From: Candidatus Eiseniibacteriota bacterium
GTDB taxonomy: Bacteria; Eisenbacteria; RBG-16-71-46; JABDJR01
Direction: 5' to 3'
NCBI GenBank assembly: GCA_963783375.1
Contig: CAWANH010000028.1
Location: 64,001-128,000, forward strand
DNA length: 64,000 nt
The notes under the pieces are model-generated. The model had not been told where the DNA came from, made no database searches, and saw nothing but the letters and a program-made list of their open reading frames with translations. Of the stretch, positions 59,489 through 64,000 are shown in pieces; the stretch's first letter is position 1, and each line of letters begins with the position of its first letter. A program made the position numbers and the translations under genes.

Positions 59489-61350
59489 CGCGCCACCCCC
59501 GCCTTGTCGTCGTTCTGGCTCGCACGCAGGAGTTCCCCGACCCGGAGGAGGTAGACGTCGGAGGTGTGGTCGCCGTCCACGTAGGCCCGGATGCTCCCCG
59601 GGTAGATGACGCCACGATAGCGCTCGCCCTCGGGGGTGAGGTCGAACTTGGCCGGCATCCCACCGTAGAGCAGGTCGTCGGTGCTTCCGATGCGGGTCCG
59701 CTGCGAGCCGTCCACCGCACAGGCCCAGAGGCTCTGGGCGTTCGCGGACCGCTCTCCGATCAACACCTCCCTGCCGTCCTTGGACCAGGCCACGGGAATG
59801 AGGAAGTTGTCTTCCTTCATGAGCACGCGGTCGTCCGCCGGGTTCCCGAAGGAGACCACGTGGATCTGGTATCCGCCTTCCCTGGGGAGGGAGAGATAGG
59901 CGATCCGCTCCCCCTTCGGACCCCAGATGCCGGCCTCGTTCAGGACCCCGCCCCGGGTCACCTGACGCGGGATCCCGCCGGTGGCCGGGATGGCCCAGAT
60001 CTGGGTCTCGCCGCCCTCCGGCTTGATATAGGTGATCCAGCGGCCGTCCGGAGACCAATCCTGGAGGATCTCGGTCCCGGGGTTGGTGGTGACCCGGGAG
60101 ACCGGCCCGCCGCTGCGGGGAACGCGGTAGATGTCCACGTTTCCGGTTCCGTCGTCGGCGGCGAAGGCGATCTGAGCTTGGTCCGGCGACCAGCCCACCC
60201 CGCTGTTGTCGCTCAGGATCAGCCCCTGAAGATCGATCCGGTGAACCTGGGGATCGTCGCTCGGGGACACGCAAAGAGAGAGCGACCTCCCCTGCCCCTT
60301 GGCTCCGGCCTGGCGCAGGAAGAGGACCCACTTCCCGTCCATGGAAGGCATGGCGAACACGTCGCGCGGCTCGCCCTCGGTGATCTGGGTGGTTCCCCCG
60401 GAAACCATGTTCTCGATGAAGACATGCGAAGTCCGGACGTCGCGTGAGAAGGCGAGCAGCTCGCCGTCCGGGGACCACGATGGGTGCGCGTCCTCCTCCG
60501 TCCCCCCGGTGACCTGGGTGGTCCGGCCGGTGGCCGAGTCGAGGATCCACAGGTCGAGGTTCCCCGCCTGGTCCGAGGCGTAGGCCAGGAACCTACCGTC
60601 CGGCGACCACGCCGGGTAGTGGTTGCGGGCCTTGGGAACGGGGAGGGGCTTGTACTCCCGGGCTTTCGGGGACCACACCGAGAACTCGGTGGTCGTGGCT
60701 CCGTACACCGGCATGCTCACCGCGGTGACCTCGCCGGGTTTGGGCCCGAAGCATCCATCGAACTCCCAGGCCGGGGTCTTGGCCAGGACGTCGTATCCGC
60801 TGTCCTGTTCCGCGGGACGAAGCGCCAGGTCCCAGTTGTCCCCGTTGAAGGCGCGGATCAGGAACGTCCGGTCGTCGCGAGTAACGCCCACGTAGTCCCC
60901 GAGGCGCGGCCGGTGAAAGGTGGCGAGTTCCTTCCCGTCCATCCCGATCCGGCGGAGCGTGTTGTCCGACCGGAAGAGCACGAACAGGCTTTGCCCGTCC
61001 GCGGCGAAGGCCAGGGGAAGGATGAACGAGGAATCGGAGTAGACGGCGCGGGGTTCCCCGCCCGCGACGGCCAGGATCTCCAGCACGTAGGGGGAACCGT
61101 CCTCGGCTGCCCGGTGGGAGAAGGCCAGGAATCGCCCGTCGGGGGAGAAGACGGGACTGCCGTTCAGGCCACCTCCCTGAGTCAGGCGGGTCTCCCGGCT
61201 ATCCGCCTCGACGGGACTGCGCTTGGCGCAGCCGGCGGGGGGAATCACCGCTAGCACGACCAGGAGACCCGCCATGACCAGGGAAACCACGTGGGGGATG
61301 CCCGGTGGTCGCCTGGGGAGGCGTCTCGCAACGATACGCTCAGGGCTCAT
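59485..61350 (-). CDS. TolB-like PD40/WD40 beta-propeller lipoprotein
   Basis: Repeated (F/W)SPDG..(L/I)A(F/Y), lipobox-like PAGC. Confidence 0.88.
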   Translation of the reverse strand: MSPERIVARRLPRRPPGIPHVVSLVMAGLLVVLAVIPPAGCAKRSPVEADSRETRLTQGGGLNGSPVFSPDGRFLAFSHRAAEDGSPYVLEILAVAGGEPRAVYSDSSFILPLAFAADGQSLFVLFRSDNTLRRIGMDGKELATFHRPRLGDYVGVTRDDRTFLIRAFNGDNWDLALRPAEQDSGYDVLAKTPAWEFDGCFGPKPGEVTAVSMPVYGATTTEFSVWSPKAREYKPLPVPKARNHYPAWSPDGRFLAYASDQAGNLDLWILDSATGRTTQVTGGTEEDAHPSWSPDGELLAFSRDVRTSHVFIENMVSGGTTQITEGEPRDVFAMPSMDGKWVLFLRQAGAKGQGRSLSLCVSPSDDPQVHRIDLQGLILSDNSGVGWSPDQAQIAFAADDGTGNVDIYRVPRSGGPVSRVTTNPGTEILQDWSPDGRWITYIKPEGGETQIWAIPATGGIPRQVTRGGVLNEAGIWGPKGERIAYLSLPREGGYQIHVVSFGNPADDRVLMKEDNFLIPVAWSKDGREVLIGERSANAQSLWACAVDGSQRTRIGSTDDLLYGGMPAKFDLTPEGERYRGVIYPGSIRAYVDGDHTSDVYLLRVGELLRASQNDDKAGVAR

Positions 61351-61561
61351 GTGGTTCCGCTCCGACCTTGGTTCGAGACCACCCGCCGGGGAACCAGCCC
61401 GCAAAAAGCAGACCCCCCCGGCCTCGGAGGATACCCCTCAGTCCATTTTCCATTCATCGCACCGAGGCCAGGGAAGGTCAGGGATGCCTTGGGTGTTCCT
61501 CAGATCTGGTCCAGCATCCCGACGCCGAAACGTTGCCATCCCGTCGTCTGGCCTACCTATG

Positions 61562-61577
61562 AGCAATCGCCGTGCCA
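61562..61577 (-). promoter_or_regulatory. sigma54 (-24/-12) promoter
   Basis: TGGCACGGCGATTGCT matches TGGCACG-N4-TTGCW exactly and lies next to a sigma54 activator gene. Confidence 0.85.
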
Positions 61578-61754
61578 TCTGGCCCAGCCCCTGACAAGCT
61601 CTTGTGGCTGTTAGAGATAGCTCGAAAGCCAACGGGCCCGCGGAAGATCCGGCGCGAATCACTACGACACGATTCATGACACCGTTTCCACCACAGCCAT
61701 CTAACATACTGAAAAAGAACAAATTACAGGACAAGGAGGGAGCTCCCGGTGATG

Positions 61755-63395
61755 TCACCTGTCATGACTATCGTCATCATTCGTGTCGCCTCTCATCAAA
61801 CCATGCTTTCGCATCTTGTTGTGGAGGTTGGTCCGCGAGATCTGAAGCGTTCGTGCGGCCCGGGAGACCACGCCGTTCTGCCGGCTCAAGGCGTCGAGGA
61901 TGAGGCGCCTCTCGTAGCGTTGAACCGCTTCGGGAAGCGGGGCGCCGGCGACCGCCCGCTCCGAGGCCTCGGAGCGGCGGGGGGCGGGCCCCATGGGAAG
62001 CTCCTCCACCTCCACCAGGTCCCCCCGCTGCTTGAGCAATAGGCTCCGCTCGACCACGTTCCGGAGTTCGCGCACGTTCCCCGGCCACCCGTAGCCCAGG
62101 AGCACCTCCTCCGCCGCCGGAGAGAACCCGGACACCTTGCGGTTGGTTTCCCGCGCCAGATCCTCCAGGAAGCGCCGGGCCAGGGGGAGGATGTCGTCCC
62201 GCCGCTGGCGAAGGGGAGAGACGGTGAGGGTGATCACGTTGAGACGGTAGAAGAGATCCTCGCGAAACCGCCCCTGGCGGACGGCGAGCTGGGGGTCGGC
62301 GTTGGTGGCGGCCACCACGCGGACGTCCACGCTCCGGTCGCGGTTCTCCCCCACCCGGCGCACCTTCCGCTGCTCGAGCACGGTGAGGAGCTTGACCTGG
62401 GCCTCCGGAGGAAGCTCGGCCACCTCGTCGAGCAGGATGGTGCCGCCGTTCGCCTCCTCGAACAGGCCGTGGCGTTCGCGGTCCGCACCGGTGAACGCGC
62501 CCTTGGCGTGCCCGAAGAGTTCGCTCTCCACCAGACCGGGAGCCACCGCCCCGCAGTTGACCTCCACGAACGCCCCCTCCCGCCGGGCGCTCAGGTTGTG
62601 GAGGATCCGGGCAACCAGGCTCTTTCCCGTTCCGCTCTCACCCAGGAGGAGCACGGTGGCGTCGGTGGCCGCCGCGGCCTCGACCTGCTGGGCGAGCTGC
62701 CTCATCACCGGGCTGGGGCCCCGGATCCAGGAGAGATCCGGGCGACGGCGGGGATCGGCCTCGAGCCGCTTGACCCGCCGCCCGAGGCTCCGCGCCTCGT
62801 CCCGGAGCCGGCGCACCAGGTCCGCGTTCCGGATGAACAGGGCGGCCTGGATGGCCAGGGCGGAGAGGAGCTTCAGGTCCCCGGCGCTGAAGAGGTCCCC
62901 GGCCCCCCGCTTGCCCAGGCAGATCACCCCGAGGACCTCCGTCCCCGCGGCCAGGGGGGCGGCCAGAAACGCGCGCGGGAGCTCCCCGGCGTGGGCCCGG
63001 GCGGCCAGCCGGCCCTTCCGGTCCGCGGGTTGGAGGCGAAGGCTGAGCGCCCGCGGGAGGTCGTCGACGACGTAGGGGAGGGCCCCCTCATCCGCCAGGG
63101 GCTCCAGGAGGGAGCGAGCCAGAAACTCCGAAACCGCCGGCTTGACTCCCTGGGAGGCGGTGGTCTCCAGCCGGCCGAGGGTTCCCCTTCGGGCCATCCA
63201 TCCCCCATCGGCCCGAAAGATCGCCGCGGTCTCCCGCACCAGGTACTCGTCGAGGTCCCCGATCCCCTCCGGCCGGGCCAGGACTGCGGCCAGACTGTGG
63301 ACGAAGTCCAGCTCCTCGAAGGTCCCGAGGAGTTTCTCGGTGATGTTCTCGAGACGGCGTTCCAACTCCGCCGCGTCGCGTGGCGCCAACTCCAC
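61755..63395 (-). CDS. GAF-domain sigma54-dependent enhancer-binding protein (Fis HTH)
   Basis: GESGTGKS, ESELFGH..GAFTGA, LLDEV, FREDLFYRLNV, WPGNVREL. Start uncertain (63389-63443). Confidence 0.93.
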   Translation of the reverse strand: MELAPRDAAELERRLENITEKLLGTFEELDFVHSLAAVLARPEGIGDLDEYLVRETAAIFRADGGWMARRGTLGRLETTASQGVKPAVSEFLARSLLEPLADEGALPYVVDDLPRALSLRLQPADRKGRLAARAHAGELPRAFLAAPLAAGTEVLGVICLGKRGAGDLFSAGDLKLLSALAIQAALFIRNADLVRRLRDEARSLGRRVKRLEADPRRRPDLSWIRGPSPVMRQLAQQVEAAAATDATVLLLGESGTGKSLVARILHNLSARREGAFVEVNCGAVAPGLVESELFGHAKGAFTGADRERHGLFEEANGGTILLDEVAELPPEAQVKLLTVLEQRKVRRVGENRDRSVDVRVVAATNADPQLAVRQGRFREDLFYRLNVITLTVSPLRQRRDDILPLARRFLEDLARETNRKVSGFSPAAEEVLLGYGWPGNVRELRNVVERSLLLKQRGDLVEVEELPMGPAPRRSEASERAVAGAPLPEAVQRYERRLILDALSRQNGVVSRAARTLQISRTNLHNKMRKHGLMRGDTNDDDSHDR

Positions 63396-63545
63396 CTCCA
63401 GGGATCGAGGGGGGGACTGACACCGATTATGACACAGGGGCACGGGTTGTGACAGGTGAAGGAGGCTGAGGGTCGGAAGCCGGGCTCGAGTGGGGGGGTG
63501 CGGCCGGACCGGGGTGGGGCGTGACGATGGGGGACCCCCGGGAGG

Positions 63546-64000
63546 TCACCCCCGGCGGGCGCCCTCGCCGGCTCTCCGGATCGCCTCGACCATGCCGGCG
63601 GGATCGGGGGCCTTGAAGATCGCGCTCCCGGCCACCAGCACCTCGACCCCGGCCCGGACCGCGGCCGGGGCGGTCTCCACGTCGATCCCCCCGTCGATGT
63701 GGATGGCGTAGTCGTAGCCGTGGGCGCGCTTCAGCTCCAGCGCGCGCGTCGCCTTGGAGAGAACCTCCGGCATGAACGACTGTCCGCCGAACCCGGGGCG
63801 GACGCTCATCACCAGGAACACGTCGCACTCCCCCAGGAAGGGCTCGACCGCCTCGATCGGGGTCTCGGGGTTCAGGGTGATTCCCGCCCGGGCCCCCAGC
63901 CCCCGAATGCGGCGCAGGGTCGGAGACGGGTCGTCCAGGACTTCCACGTGCACGATCACCGCGTCCGAACCCGCCTTCACGAACTCCTCCAGGTACTTCC
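63546..64000 (-). CDS. rpe: ribulose-phosphate 3-epimerase, 5'-partial
   Basis: VH.E, LNPETP, MSV.PGFGGQ, IDGGI, VAGSAIF. Confidence 0.95.
   Translation of the reverse strand, partial: KYLEEFVKAGSDAVIVHVEVLDDPSPTLRRIRGLGARAGITLNPETPIEAVEPFLGECDVFLVMSVRPGFGGQSFMPEVLSKATRALELKRAHGYDYAIHIDGGIDVETAPAAVRAGVEVLVAGSAIFKAPDPAGMVEAIRRAGEGARRG

Overview
A high-GC bacterial chromosome segment with about 47 genes and no rRNA, tRNA, CRISPR array or transposase that I can recognise. A FlgD/T9SS-like C-terminal domain and a C-terminal 'TWGxIKAxY' motif suggest an FCB-related candidate phylum such as Ca. Eisenbacteria (inference). Housekeeping genes include trpS, aceE-aceF-lpdA, a partial rpe, mscS and a class A PBP. 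Accessory and regulatory content includes a SatD-DUF3307 pair, a DUF692 (MNIO) enzyme with a DUF2063-like partner but no visible precursor, a CheB-CheR-histidine kinase with a NarL-type regulator, and an ECF sigma/anti-sigma locus with a two-permease RND system and a triple-repeat secreted protein. A sigma54 activator/TolB-like/HK/receiver/PP2C cluster lies near the right end. Features the ORF track misses: a probable selenocysteine lipoprotein (thioredoxin UxxC + TPR, in-frame TGA at 10499), a perfect sigma54 promoter followed by a GGA-rich leader, a 22-aa coupled membrane peptide, three ECF-type promoters, a 30-bp-phased array of CCCGGG-centred palindromes inside the PBP gene, and a candidate structured RNA at 41720-41878. 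Five single-base frameshifts suggest consensus sequencing errors. All family calls come from motif recognition, not database searches.
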